A stretch of DNA of 64,000 bases from an uncultured Solobacterium sp. (GTDB lineage: Bacteria > Bacillota_I > Bacilli_A > Erysipelotrichales > Erysipelotrichaceae): the NCBI GenBank assembly GCA_946415785.1, contig CAMKTV010000001.1, forward strand, positions 38,882 through 102,881. The letters run 5' to 3'. The notes under the pieces were generated by a model. It ran no database searches, was not told the DNA's origin, and was given only the letters and a program-made list of their open reading frames with translations. Below are positions 30,485 through 40,197 of this stretch, piece by piece (the stretch's first letter is position 1; every line of letters starts with the position of its first letter). The position numbers were made by a program, and so were the translations under genes.

Positions 30485-31441
30485 ATGATTAATGTTTATA
30501 TTGTTTCGGGATTTTTAGGCGCTGGTAAGACAACTTTTATTCAGAAGTTATTAAAGGAAAAGAAGTTTCCTAAACCTGTTTTATTAGAAAATGAATTTGG
30601 TGAAATAGGTGTTGATAGTGCTTTCTTTGATTCAGCATTAAATATAAAAGAAATCAACAATGGCTGTATATGTTGTTCATTACAGGGTGATTTTAAGAAG
30701 GCTCTTGAAGAAATAGAAGATATGGAAATATCTGATTTGATTATCGAACCTTCAGGTGTCGGTAAGTTATCAGAGATTTTAAATGTCGTCAGTGAAGATG
30801 AAGACTTCAGAATTGTTTCGCATATTTGTGTAGTGGACGTTAAGACATGTAATAAATATCATAAGAATTTTAAAGAATATTTTGATGATCAAATCAAAGC
30901 TGCCAATGCGATTATCCTATCTCATCTTGATATCGCAGACAAAGAAGATATTGATAAGGCAAAAGCGATTATTGAAGAAATAAATGATGATATTGTCGTT
31001 TTAGATAAACCATTAGAAGATTATTCATTAGAAGAATTATTAGATTTGATTGTAACTGGTCATTTTGAATTTGAACATCATGACCACAATCATGAACATG
31101 AACATCATCATGAACATGAACATCACCATCATCATGAACACGATCATGAACATCATCACCATCACCATGATGATGACGATGAAGATGAAATATTTAAAAA
31201 TCAGATAATCAGAACTGATTATGTTTTTGAAATTGAAGAATTAGAAAAAATCTTAAGTGATGTAGAAGATGACATCATTCGTATCAAAGGCTATGTACAT
31301 GGTGTAGAAGGTACTTTATATATCAATTATGTATTAAATCAGGCACATATCTATTATGGAGAAAAAAGAGAAGATACATTGATATCAATTATTGGTACAG
31401 CTATAAATAGAGAAAAATATAAAGAGGCTTTCCATGAATAG
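30485..31441 (+). CDS. COG0523-family (CobW/ZigA-like) metallochaperone GTPase with His-rich insert
   Basis: Walker A GFLGAGKTT, metal motif CICC, and IIEPSGVG. A His/Asp/Glu tract HFEFEHHDHNHEHEHHHEHEHHHHHEHDHEHHHHHHDDDDEDE is encoded at about 31061-31188. Confidence 0.85.
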   Translation: MINVYIVSGFLGAGKTTFIQKLLKEKKFPKPVLLENEFGEIGVDSAFFDSALNIKEINNGCICCSLQGDFKKALEEIEDMEISDLIIEPSGVGKLSEILNVVSEDEDFRIVSHICVVDVKTCNKYHKNFKEYFDDQIKAANAIILSHLDIADKEDIDKAKAIIEEINDDIVVLDKPLEDYSLEELLDLIVTGHFEFEHHDHNHEHEHHHEHEHHHHHEHDHEHHHHHHDDDDEDEIFKNQIIRTDYVFEIEELEKILSDVEDDIIRIKGYVHGVEGTLYINYVLNQAHIYYGEKREDTLISIIGTAINREKYKEAFHE

Positions 31442-32342
31442 ACCAATCTATTTTTTCACTGGTTTTCTTGATTCAGGAAAGACATCTTCAATTAAAAGAA
31501 CACTTGAAGATCCTCGTTTTACAGAAGGTGAGAAGACGCTTATCATTTGTTTAGAAGAGGGTGACGAAGTTTATGATGAAGGTTTTTTAAAAGCGACCAA
31601 TAGTGCTGTTGAATATATTGAATTTGAAGATTTTAATAATGAAGTCTTTAAAAAATTAGATGAATATCATAAACCAGATAGAATGTTTATTGAATTTAAC
31701 GGAATGAGAGATGATCGTGAATTATTATTTCGACAGTTTCCTTGTGAATATGAAATAGCTCAGGTTATCTGTACAATTGATGCATCTAAATTTAGATTAT
31801 ATGTATCCAATATGTCGCAGTTTATGTTTAATCATGTTTCTGTTGCATCAATGGTTGTTTTAAACAGATATGAAGATGCAGACTTTAAATATCTAAGAAA
31901 TAATATCAAGACTATGAATCGTACTGCTCCTATTCTATTAGAAGATAATACAGGTCAGATGTATGATTTACCAGTAAGTGATTTATTTGATCCTAATAAT
32001 CTGGATATCAGTGATGATGATTATGGCTTATTCTATATGGATGTTGTGGAAAATGTTCCACGTTATAAAGATGCCAATGTAAAATTTAATGGCTTCATGA
32101 TTGAAAGTAAAGGTGATGATGCGATTGTTGGTAGATATGCTATGGTATGTTGTGCCAATGATATGCAACGTCTCGCAATGAAAGTTAAAGGCCTAAAAAA
32201 TAAAATGCAAGTTGGCAAGTATTATCATATAGAAGGGACAATAAGAGTCAAGAAGGTATTAAAAGGTATTTTATTATATATTGAAGGTAAGAATGCTACC
32301 GAAATAGATAAACCAGAACAGGAGTATGTAAGTTTTAGCTAA
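31434..32342 (+). CDS. Degenerate COG0523-like P-loop domain fused to a DUF1980-like C-terminal CC domain
   Basis: The N-terminus keeps the P-loop (GFLDSGKTS) and FIEFNGM, but the CxCC motif is absent. The C-terminus GFMIESKGDDAIVGRYAMVCCANDMQRLAMKVKG resembles the conserved R(F/Y).(M/I).CCA.D motif of DUF1980/TIGR03943 proteins (from memory). Confidence 0.6.
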   Translation: MNRPIYFFTGFLDSGKTSSIKRTLEDPRFTEGEKTLIICLEEGDEVYDEGFLKATNSAVEYIEFEDFNNEVFKKLDEYHKPDRMFIEFNGMRDDRELLFRQFPCEYEIAQVICTIDASKFRLYVSNMSQFMFNHVSVASMVVLNRYEDADFKYLRNNIKTMNRTAPILLEDNTGQMYDLPVSDLFDPNNLDISDDDYGLFYMDVVENVPRYKDANVKFNGFMIESKGDDAIVGRYAMVCCANDMQRLAMKVKGLKNKMQVGKYYHIEGTIRVKKVLKGILLYIEGKNATEIDKPEQEYVSFS

Positions 32343-33445
32343 TGTCAGTCTTTGCGTTATTTTTAGAAGGATTATTATCATTTTTATCACCATGTGTTTT
32401 ACCACTACTTCCTTTATACATGTCTTATCTTTCAATCAATGGTAAACAAGAAGATGAAGATGGCAATATAAGTTATAAGAGTGGACATGTTTTATTAATG
32501 ACAATTTTCTTTGTCTTAGGAATCAGTGTCATTTTTGTAGTCTTAGCTCTATCAATTGATTTAGTTAAACCATTTGTAGAAAAATATAAAGAAATCATTT
32601 CTATCATTGGCGGTACAATCATTATCATCTTTGGACTAAATGAAGTTGGCATAATTCATATTGATGTTTTAAATCTGGAATCTAAAATAAAACTCAATAT
32701 TGATTCAAAGAATATGAATTATTTAAAAGCTTTCTTGTTAGGCTTTGTATTTGCGTTTGGTTGGTCACCATGTATTGGACCGATGTTGGCAAGCGCCATC
32801 ATTATTGCTTCAACTGAAAGCCTAGGCTCTTTATATATCCTTGTCTATGGACTTGGCTTAATTATTCCTTTTATTATTACTGGTTTATTTACATCAACAA
32901 TCTTAAATTTCTTAAAGAATAAAAAATCAATATTTAAATATGTCTTAGTGATTGCTGGAATTATTCTAATCATCTATGGTGTTTATATGATTAGAAGTGC
33001 ATCAAAGACAATAATAGCTAGACAAAGTGTAACTTCATCTACTACTGTCTTTGAAAATCAAGATGGAGAAATAATTAATCTTGATGATTATAAAGGAAAA
33101 TATATTTTCCTAAACTATACGACTACCTGGTGTACATATTGTAAAGAAGAAATACCTGTCTACAAGGAATTCTCTGACAAGGGAGAAGATTATATCTGTT
33201 TCTATGTTATGTCTCCTTTAACAAGTGGTGTAAGTAAAGAAGAAATAATTGAATATATAAAAGAGAATAATATTGAAGTGCCAGTTTTAATTGATGAATA
33301 CAACAAGATTTATAACACATATAATCCAACTGGCTATCCAATGATGTATGTCCTAGACAAACAGGGTGATTACATTGGCTATGTGGAAGGAGCTTTAGAT
33401 AGCGAAGGCTTTGAGAATGTCTATCAAGAAATACTGACATATTAA
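32342..33445 (+). CDS. CcdA/DsbD-type thiol-disulfide transporter fused to a TlpA/thioredoxin-like domain
   Basis: The N-terminal 6-TM domain carries the two conserved cysteines (FLSPCVLPLLP, WSPCIGP). An extra TM helix follows, then a thioredoxin fold with WCTYC. Confidence 0.8.
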   Translation: MSVFALFLEGLLSFLSPCVLPLLPLYMSYLSINGKQEDEDGNISYKSGHVLLMTIFFVLGISVIFVVLALSIDLVKPFVEKYKEIISIIGGTIIIIFGLNEVGIIHIDVLNLESKIKLNIDSKNMNYLKAFLLGFVFAFGWSPCIGPMLASAIIIASTESLGSLYILVYGLGLIIPFIITGLFTSTILNFLKNKKSIFKYVLVIAGIILIIYGVYMIRSASKTIIARQSVTSSTTVFENQDGEIINLDDYKGKYIFLNYTTTWCTYCKEEIPVYKEFSDKGEDYICFYVMSPLTSGVSKEEIIEYIKENNIEVPVLIDEYNKIYNTYNPTGYPMMYVLDKQGDYIGYVEGALDSEGFENVYQEILTY

Positions 33446-33478
33446 AAAAGAATCTAGAAATTAATCTAGATTCTTTTT
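33445..33478. terminator. Bidirectional terminator
   Basis: 14-bp stem aaaaagaatctaga/tctagattcttttt between convergent genes. Confidence 0.8.
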
Positions 33479-33497
33479 AACTTAATTTAAATAAGTA

Positions 33498-34577
33498 TTA
33501 TAGGAATGATTTGAATGGAAGATTTACTTCTTCAGTAAATACATCATCGAATCCTCTATAGTGATGATATTCAATCTTATTCTTATCATCAGGATATGTG
33601 AAGTGTCCACCTACTTCCCAAATGAATGGTTTGAATTTATATTGTAGTCTATTCTTTCTCATATACCACAATACAAGAATTTCTTTTGTATCAGCTTGGA
33701 AGTTAGTCCATAGATCATGATGATAAGGAATAATAACTTCACAGTTTAGATTTTCAGCCATTCTTAAGATATCGCTAGAAGTCATCTTATCAGTGATACC
33801 TCTTGGGTTTTCACCATATGAACCAAAGGCAACGTCAATCTTATATTCATTACCATGTTTAGCATACATATTGCCGAAATGGCTATCACCTGAATGGTAT
33901 ACAGTGCCAGCAGGAGTTTCAATGATATAAGAAACTGCTCTTTCATCCATGTCATCACAAGGAAGGCCTTTAATATCGCCTTTTGGTGGAGGAGTGATTA
34001 GGATAGTTCTATCAACTGATTCAACAGCATGAATCTTGATATCACCAACTTCAACAACATCGCCAGGTCTTACAGTTTTTAGACGTTCTTCTGGAACACC
34101 CCAAGATCTCCATAAATCGGTTGCATGTTTTGGGCCAATAAATGGAATTGGTTTTTCAACATTTTGTAAGATAGCAGCAGCAACGTTGATGTCGATATGA
34201 TCTGAGTGTGTATGAGATGCAAGTAAAGCATCTAATTTTTTAATTTTAAAAGGATCAATAACACATGGAATAGCTCTTAAGTTTGGTTGCATAGTTCTAG
34301 CACCAGACATTCTAGCCATTTGATGGTCTGGATCAATTTTTCTGATTGATCCATCAGCGTTGTAATGAGAGTTCTTACCAGTAGATACCCACAAGTCAAC
34401 CATAACGCTTGTGCCACCTTCTGATTTAACCCAAATTCCTGTGTTGCCAAGCCACCACATTTTGAACTTTCCTTTTTCAACTTCAGCTTCTTCTATCTCT
34501 TCATTAAGATATGAACCCCACTCAGGGAAAGTTTTTAATATCCAACTTTCACGAGTAACGTCTTTTACATTAGGCAT
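33498..34577 (-). CDS. ulaG: UlaG-type metallo-beta-lactamase-fold lactonase (L-ascorbate-6-phosphate lactonase family)
   Basis: The N-terminus ...[23 protein letters not shown]...F.MWWLG.TGIW.KSEGGT.V.VD.W is nearly colinear with E. coli UlaG as I remember it. HTHSDH motif present. Confidence 0.88.
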   Translation of the reverse strand: MPNVKDVTRESWILKTFPEWGSYLNEEIEEAEVEKGKFKMWWLGNTGIWVKSEGGTSVMVDLWVSTGKNSHYNADGSIRKIDPDHQMARMSGARTMQPNLRAIPCVIDPFKIKKLDALLASHTHSDHIDINVAAAILQNVEKPIPFIGPKHATDLWRSWGVPEERLKTVRPGDVVEVGDIKIHAVESVDRTILITPPPKGDIKGLPCDDMDERAVSYIIETPAGTVYHSGDSHFGNMYAKHGNEYKIDVAFGSYGENPRGITDKMTSSDILRMAENLNCEVIIPYHHDLWTNFQADTKEILVLWYMRKNRLQYKFKPFIWEVGGHFTYPDDKNKIEYHHYRGFDDVFTEEVNLPFKSFL

Positions 34578-34621
34578 TATTCTTCCTCCTTTATCTAATG
34601 TATTAATTAATAAAAGAAAGG

Positions 34622-35410
34622 CTATATTGTTTCAATATAGTCTTTCATTGCTTGATTATTAATCACAAGTTTATTAAGTCTTTCTTTTGTGTTATTGTAA
34701 ACTGTTTCTTCTTTTAGATGCTTAGCACAAACTAATTTAGCTAAAAGATATTGAACAACTTCTCTTTTATTCATATTATCTTCATTAATATCTTTTAAAT
34801 AACGATAAGCACCTTCATAGTCACCTTCATAATTTTTATGTTGGCCATTGATAACTTCCCAATTGAAATAATATGAGCCTTTATATCTTTTACCTTTTTT
34901 ATTGTGCATATCACGAGTATTAATAAGTTTTTTAAATGCTTCATTACTCTTACCAGATAATCCAGTTTCACCATAGGCAATCATATTTCCATAATGAGCA
35001 GTTATTAATACATCATATTCGTTGATTCCTTCTTTTTCTAATTCATCAATATATTTCTTTAAATCATCAAAGCTTCTTAAATCAACATAAACTAATATTC
35101 TCATCATCTGATTAGATGTTTTGAATGTTTTAAAGAAATCATATTTATCAATGAAAGCTAATATTTTTAAAGTATCATTCGCTCTATCATCAACGATTAA
35201 TTTTTTTGTAGCTATGTCATAACAAATTCTCAAGCCTTCAAATTGTAAGCCCACAAGACCAATAAAGATGGCAATAATTAAATTAAATATGATAGACGAT
35301 GCGTTTGTAGCCTTTATACATGAATAGATAATATAACCAAAAAAGATGATATAAACAATAATTGTCAGCGCTATTCTCATATAAAAGGAAAATTGATATC
35401 TTTTTCTCAT
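34622..35410 (-). CDS. Hypothetical membrane protein (2 N-terminal TM helices plus a helical soluble domain)
   Basis: Clean 262-aa ORF immediately upstream of ulaG on the same strand. I recognise no motif. Confidence 0.5.
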   Translation of the reverse strand: MRKRYQFSFYMRIALTIIVYIIFFGYIIYSCIKATNASSIIFNLIIAIFIGLVGLQFEGLRICYDIATKKLIVDDRANDTLKILAFIDKYDFFKTFKTSNQMMRILVYVDLRSFDDLKKYIDELEKEGINEYDVLITAHYGNMIAYGETGLSGKSNEAFKKLINTRDMHNKKGKRYKGSYYFNWEVINGQHKNYEGDYEGAYRYLKDINEDNMNKREVVQYLLAKLVCAKHLKEETVYNNTKERLNKLVINNQAMKDYIETI

Positions 35411-35432
35411 ATAGTAATTATATCTATTTTTA

Positions 35433-35753
35433 ATGAAAATGTCTTATAATCAAATTATGAGTAATAAACAAGAAAAAAAAGAATATACAAGAGAAGAAAT
35501 TAAAAACATGTCTTATTGGCAACTCTGGGGCTTAAGAAGAAAAACTGGACTTTGGTATTTCTTGGTTCTAGGAGGAATATATAGCTTTTTAATCTACGCT
35601 TTCTTTAAAGCACTTATAATTCTAGGAAGTGGTGATACTTTAAAGTTTGTGGTAGATTTATGGGCGATTCCAATCTTCATATTGGCAGGGCCTCTCTATT
35701 ATTTAATTCACGAGTTGTATTACAAACATGTCTATTTAAAAAAGCAGTCTTAA
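35433..35753 (+). CDS. Hypothetical small membrane protein
   Basis: 106 aa with two hydrophobic helices. I recognise no motif. Confidence 0.4.
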   Translation: MKMSYNQIMSNKQEKKEYTREEIKNMSYWQLWGLRRKTGLWYFLVLGGIYSFLIYAFFKALIILGSGDTLKFVVDLWAIPIFILAGPLYYLIHELYYKHVYLKKQS

Positions 35754-35759
35754 CTGCTT

Positions 35760-36689
35760 TTATTTATACATTGAATAAAATCTCGCAGGATTTTTAATCA
35801 TGAATTTTTCGATTGTTTCTAAGTCGAAGCCTTCATCTAATAAACGAGGAATAAATTTATTCTTAATAAATGTTAAGCCTGGTCCATAGCCATATACAGT
35901 ATGATGGGTAATTTTCCCCATATCGTTTGATAGCATGATTTTATCTCCATAGCCATCATTGACTAGTTTTCTTAATAATTCAACTAAAACTTCATCAGTA
36001 TAATATTTTGCCTTGCCTGGTCCATCAAAGATTAAATAGACACCATGTTCTAACATCTTTTTGTGGTACCAATAATCAGGATTTCTAGAAACATGGGCAA
36101 TACAGAAATGTTTCATACCCATTCCTTCTTCTTCCATGATTTCAATTTGTTCAAGTCCCATAGTACCAACGCTTGTGTGAGTATGAACAGGAGCACCAGT
36201 TTTAATTGAAGCTCTGGCAGCTGCCCTTAAGACCATCTCTTCTCTTTTAGAAATATAATTATATGAAGTGCCAGCTTTGATCCAACCAGCTTTATAATCA
36301 GTATTGTCCATACCAATCGTTATTTCATCAATCATTTCTTTTTCAAGATCATCAATTGTTTTGTCTTTTATCCATTCATCCATGTTGACTTGATTTTCAC
36401 ATAGATAGCCTGTACAGCATACGATATTGATGCCTGTCTGTTTTGACAACTTTGCCATACCAATCGTATTTCTTCCCCAGTGTTTTGTGGAAGCTTCAGC
36501 TATCGCTTGTCCACCAGCGTTTTTATAGATTTCTAGCATCTCTTTAGCTTTGTCATAATCATTTAAAACATGTTCCTTATCCATAAAGCCACCAACTCTA
36601 GGGTCATCTAAGATATGTTCATGGGCCATTGTAAAGCCAAGTTCACTTGGTTCAATATCTTTTAATATAGTTCTTATTTTTCCTTGCAT
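35760..36689 (-). CDS. Phosphotriesterase-homology (PTE/PHP, cog1735 amidohydrolase) protein, likely a sugar-lactone or phospho-lactone lactonase
   Basis: TIM-barrel amidohydrolase metal ligands are present: HEH at the N-terminus (MAHEHIL), internal HTH and CIAHV, and a distal D (SNDMG). It is divergent from the Ula-type PTS operon. Confidence 0.8.
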   Translation of the reverse strand: MQGKIRTILKDIEPSELGFTMAHEHILDDPRVGGFMDKEHVLNDYDKAKEMLEIYKNAGGQAIAEASTKHWGRNTIGMAKLSKQTGINIVCCTGYLCENQVNMDEWIKDKTIDDLEKEMIDEITIGMDNTDYKAGWIKAGTSYNYISKREEMVLRAAARASIKTGAPVHTHTSVGTMGLEQIEIMEEEGMGMKHFCIAHVSRNPDYWYHKKMLEHGVYLIFDGPGKAKYYTDEVLVELLRKLVNDGYGDKIMLSNDMGKITHHTVYGYGPGLTFIKNKFIPRLLDEGFDLETIEKFMIKNPARFYSMYK

Positions 36690-36744
36690 AATGAATTACC
36701 TTTATATAGTTATAATATCAAATTTCATTTTAAATAGATAATAA

Positions 36745-36775
36745 TTGAAAGGGCTTTCAAATAGTATGGTATAAT
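36745..36775 (+). promoter_or_regulatory. Putative promoter of the PTS operon with a cre-like palindrome over the -35 box
   Basis: TTGAAA (36745-50), a 19-nt spacer, and an extended -10 TGgTATAAT (36767-75). The perfect palindrome TTGAAAG-GG-CTTTCAA (36745-36760) fits the CcpA cre consensus WTGNAANCGNWNNCW except for the central CG. Confidence 0.45.
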
Positions 36776-36805
36776 ATATCCATCCATACGAAAAGGGGGG
36801 GAATC

Positions 36806-38272
36806 ATGGAAATTTTAAAGACCATTTGGATGTTTTTCCAAACAAACATTTTAACTCAACCCGCATTCTTCGTTGGTTTCCTAGTTTTAATTGGTAGTAT
36901 CCTACTAAGAAAAAAATGGTACCAATGCTATGCAAGTTTTGTTAAAGCAACAGTTGGATATTTGATTCTAAACGTTGGATCTGGTGGATTAGTTAACACT
37001 TTCCGTCCAATCTTAGCTGGTTTAAATCAGCGTTTTAACTTAAACGCTGCTGTTATTGACCCATACTTCGGTCAAAACGCTGCTCAACATGCTTTAGAAG
37101 CTGTTGGCAGAACTAGTTCATTATTGTTCTTGGGTCTATTAGTTGCTTTCTTTGTAAACATTTTATTAGTTGCATTAAGAAAAGTTACAAAGATTCGTAC
37201 ATTATTCACTACTGGTCATATTATGATGCAACAATCTGCAACAGGTATGTGGATGATTATCTTCTTCTTTCCACAATTCCAAGATGCTACAGCAGTTATC
37301 ATGTTAGGCGTTATCCTTGGTATTTTCTGGGCTGTATCTTCTAACTTAACTGTTGAAATCACTCAAAAACTTACAGATGGTGGTGGTTTCGCTGTAGGTC
37401 ACCAACAAATGTTTGGTGTATGGCTAGTTGACAAACTTGCACCTAAAATTGGTGGCAAGAACGCTAAACCTATTGAAGAACTTGAATTACCTGGTTGGTT
37501 ATCAATCTTCACTGACAACGTTGTTGCTACAAGTACACTAATGTTATTATTCTTTGGTGTTCTATTATCAGTATTAGGTCCAACATTCTTAAAGACTCCT
37601 GCTGCTGAAGGTGGTTTAGGTATTAGCTTTAATAGCTTCCCATTCTATGTAATGACTACTGCATTCAACATGGCAGTATATCTAAGCATCTTACAACTTG
37701 GTGTTAGAATGTTCGTTGCTGAATTAACAGAATCATTCACAGGTATTTCTGAAAAATTATTACCAGGTTCAGTACCTGCTGTTGACTGTGCTGCTACTTA
37801 TGGCTTTGGTTCACCAAATGCTCCAATCGTTGGTTTCTTCTTTGGTGCTCTAGGTCAATTCTTAGCAATTATCGGTTTAGTAATCTTCAAGTCTCCAGTA
37901 TTAATTATCACTGGTTTCGTTCCTGTATTCTTCGATAATGCTACATTCGCAGTATTCGCAAACAAAGCTTCTGGCTTAAAGGCTGCTGCAATCTTAACAT
38001 TCTGCTCTGGTATTATCCAAGTATTATGTGGTGCTGTATGTGCTCATATTTTCGAAACTTACCAATATGGTGGATGGCATGGAAACTTCGATATTTCAAC
38101 TATCTGGCTAGTTGGTGGTTTACTACAAAAATACATCGGTATCGTTGGATATGTAATCGGTGTCATCGCTTTATTAGCTATTCCTCAAATTCAATATGCA
38201 AAAGACAAAGAACACTACTTCCAAGTAGTTGAAGATTGGGATGCTTATAAAGCTGCTAAAGGCATTGAATAA
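36806..38272 (+). CDS. ulaA: PTS ascorbate-family (L-Asc) transporter subunit IIC
   Basis: 488-aa polytopic membrane protein with UlaA/SgaT-like length and N-terminus (FF.TNIL..PA.FVG), followed by IIB and IIA genes. Confidence 0.88.
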   Translation: MEILKTIWMFFQTNILTQPAFFVGFLVLIGSILLRKKWYQCYASFVKATVGYLILNVGSGGLVNTFRPILAGLNQRFNLNAAVIDPYFGQNAAQHALEAVGRTSSLLFLGLLVAFFVNILLVALRKVTKIRTLFTTGHIMMQQSATGMWMIIFFFPQFQDATAVIMLGVILGIFWAVSSNLTVEITQKLTDGGGFAVGHQQMFGVWLVDKLAPKIGGKNAKPIEELELPGWLSIFTDNVVATSTLMLLFFGVLLSVLGPTFLKTPAAEGGLGISFNSFPFYVMTTAFNMAVYLSILQLGVRMFVAELTESFTGISEKLLPGSVPAVDCAATYGFGSPNAPIVGFFFGALGQFLAIIGLVIFKSPVLIITGFVPVFFDNATFAVFANKASGLKAAAILTFCSGIIQVLCGAVCAHIFETYQYGGWHGNFDISTIWLVGGLLQKYIGIVGYVIGVIALLAIPQIQYAKDKEHYFQVVEDWDAYKAAKGIE

Positions 38273-38294
38273 TCAATTATAAGGAGGTTTAAGT

Positions 38295-38585
38295 ATGTTG
38301 AAAGTAATCGCTGCTTGCGGAAACGGCATGGGTTCTAGCCAAATGATTAAAATGAAAATCACTAAGGTTTTCAAGAAATTAAATGTCGATGTTACAGTTG
38401 ACCACAACTCAGTTGGAGCAGCTAGTAGTATGGCAGTAAATTATGATGCAGTATTTGTATCACAAAATTTCGTTGATAATTTCAAAACTGCTGCCAGCAA
38501 AGGCGTTAAAATCATTGGTTTAAAGAATCTACTTTCTGAACAAGAAATTGAAGAAAAAATCAAAGAAGCAGGCTTAGATAAGTAA
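38295..38585 (+). CDS. ulaB: PTS L-Asc family subunit IIB
   Basis: 96 aa with the active-site Cys in the N-terminal MLKVIAACGNGMGSS motif. Confidence 0.88.
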   Translation: MLKVIAACGNGMGSSQMIKMKITKVFKKLNVDVTVDHNSVGAASSMAVNYDAVFVSQNFVDNFKTAASKGVKIIGLKNLLSEQEIEEKIKEAGLDK

Positions 38586-38611
38586 ACATCTTGCCTTCGT
38601 AAAAAATGATT

Positions 38612-38649
38612 TAAAAAGACTATTATGAATTTGTTTCTAATAGTCTTTT
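38612..38649 (+). terminator. Intra-operon hairpin between the IIB and IIA genes
   Basis: 13-bp stem aaaaagactatta/taatagtcttttt with a T-run, followed by a TATAAT-containing stretch and a GGAGG for the IIA gene. Confidence 0.6.
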
Positions 38650-38702
38650 TGTTTATAAGATATAATATAGATAAGAATTATTAACATTAATTAGGAGGGA
38701 CT

Positions 38703-39164
38703 ATGTTATTAAGAGAATTAGTGGAAAAGAAGCTAACTTGTTATGAGGAGAGCTTTGCAGACTGGAAAGAAGCAATTAGAGCCAATGGTAATCCACTTAA
38801 AAGAGAAGGTTATATCGAAGATGCTTATTTAGATGCTGTTATTGCGTGTGTAGAAAAGTATGGACCTTATATTGTTATCATTCCAAATGTTGCAATGCCT
38901 CATTCAACTGAAGGAGCCCCTGGTGTGTTAAAGACTGGTATTGGATTTATGAAAGTAGAAGAAGCTGTTCACTTTGATCCAAATGATCCAGAAAAAGACG
39001 CAAGATTATTCTTTATGCTTGCATCAAATGATTCAGAAGCACATTTAAATAACATCATGCAACTATCTGAATTATTATCAAATGATGATTTAGTTAATGA
39101 TTTATTAACTGTTAAAAACGATGAAGAATTATTAGCTGTTGCTGATAAATATGGTGGAGAATAA
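38703..39164 (+). CDS. ulaC: PTS subunit IIA (mannitol/fructose/Ula type)
   Basis: 153 aa with the phosphorylatable His in the NVAMPHS motif. Confidence 0.85.
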   Translation: MLLRELVEKKLTCYEESFADWKEAIRANGNPLKREGYIEDAYLDAVIACVEKYGPYIVIIPNVAMPHSTEGAPGVLKTGIGFMKVEEAVHFDPNDPEKDARLFFMLASNDSEAHLNNIMQLSELLSNDDLVNDLLTVKNDEELLAVADKYGGE

Positions 39165-39166
39165 TT

Positions 39167-40195
39167 ATGAAGTTTGAAAAAACTCATCTTGATGATATTA
39201 CTAGATGCTATTGCACTAGTCATATGTTTATCGATGAAAAACCTTATATTTTCTTTGCATCAGAAAATCCTACAAGCCCATGTAATGCCTATTCAGGGAA
39301 GGACTTTAGTGTAAAAGAAAATGTTTGGGAAGATAGAGGCGGATGTATGTCTATTATTCCATTTGAAACAAGAAAAGGAGAATTCCTTGCAGTAAATGAA
39401 TTCTATCTAAAGATATCTCCATCACTTTCTAAACTTGTTTGGGGAAAACATGAAGATGGCAAATGGATTATAAAAGATTTATTCAATCTTCCTTATCTTC
39501 ATCGATTTGATATTTTCCATGTTGAAGATAAAGATTATGTTTTAGTTACAACAATCGCTAGAGATAAAGCTAATAAAGAAGACTGGACAAGACCTGGTCA
39601 AGTATATGTAGGCGAAATTCCTGCTGATTTAGAAAATAGTAATGTTGTATTAAGACAATTATTAGACAATCAATTTAGAAATCACGGTTATTATAGAGAC
39701 CATGTAAACAATGTTTCTTATGTTGCATCTGATGATGGCGTATATAAAATTATTCCACCAACTAAAGATAGCGATTGGAAAGTTGAAAAGATTAAAGACG
39801 GCATGACATCAGAAGCAGCAGTAGGTGATATTGATGGTGATGGCTATGATGAAATGATTACTATTGAACCATTCCATGGCAACACAATTAAAATCTATCG
39901 TTTAAAAGATGGAAAGGCAGAAGAAATCTATAATTATCCTTATGAATTAGATTTCGCTCATGCTTTAAAGTTTGATGTCATTGGTGGCAAAAAATGTTTC
40001 GTAGGTGGCATTAGAAGAGTAGATGCTGAACTATTTGTGATTTATGCAAATCAAGAAGGCTTACAGCTAGAAAGAATTGAATGTGGAGCTGGACCTGCTA
40101 ATGTTGATGTGATTCATGTTGATGGTGATGATTATATTCTTTCGGCAAATCATACAAAGAATGAAGCAGCAATCTATAAATATATTGGAGAATAA
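39167..40195 (+). CDS. Hypothetical protein, possibly a beta-propeller with an FG-GAP-like Ca-binding loop
   Basis: 342-aa cytoplasmic ORF with no signal peptide, tightly packed between ulaC and the 4-epimerase gene. The only motif I recognise is [20 protein letters not shown]. Confidence 0.55.
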   Translation: MKFEKTHLDDITRCYCTSHMFIDEKPYIFFASENPTSPCNAYSGKDFSVKENVWEDRGGCMSIIPFETRKGEFLAVNEFYLKISPSLSKLVWGKHEDGKWIIKDLFNLPYLHRFDIFHVEDKDYVLVTTIARDKANKEDWTRPGQVYVGEIPADLENSNVVLRQLLDNQFRNHGYYRDHVNNVSYVASDDGVYKIIPPTKDSDWKVEKIKDGMTSEAAVGDIDGDGYDEMITIEPFHGNTIKIYRLKDGKAEEIYNYPYELDFAHALKFDVIGGKKCFVGGIRRVDAELFVIYANQEGLQLERIECGAGPANVDVIHVDGDDYILSANHTKNEAAIYKYIGE

Positions 40196-40197
40196 AA

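Noticed and set aside
31061-31188. CAT/GAA/GAT-rich low-complexity DNA that looks like a microsatellite or spacer-less repeat array
   Set aside because: It is in frame within the COG0523 gene and encodes the His/Asp/Glu metal-binding tract. It is not a CRISPR or non-coding repeat.
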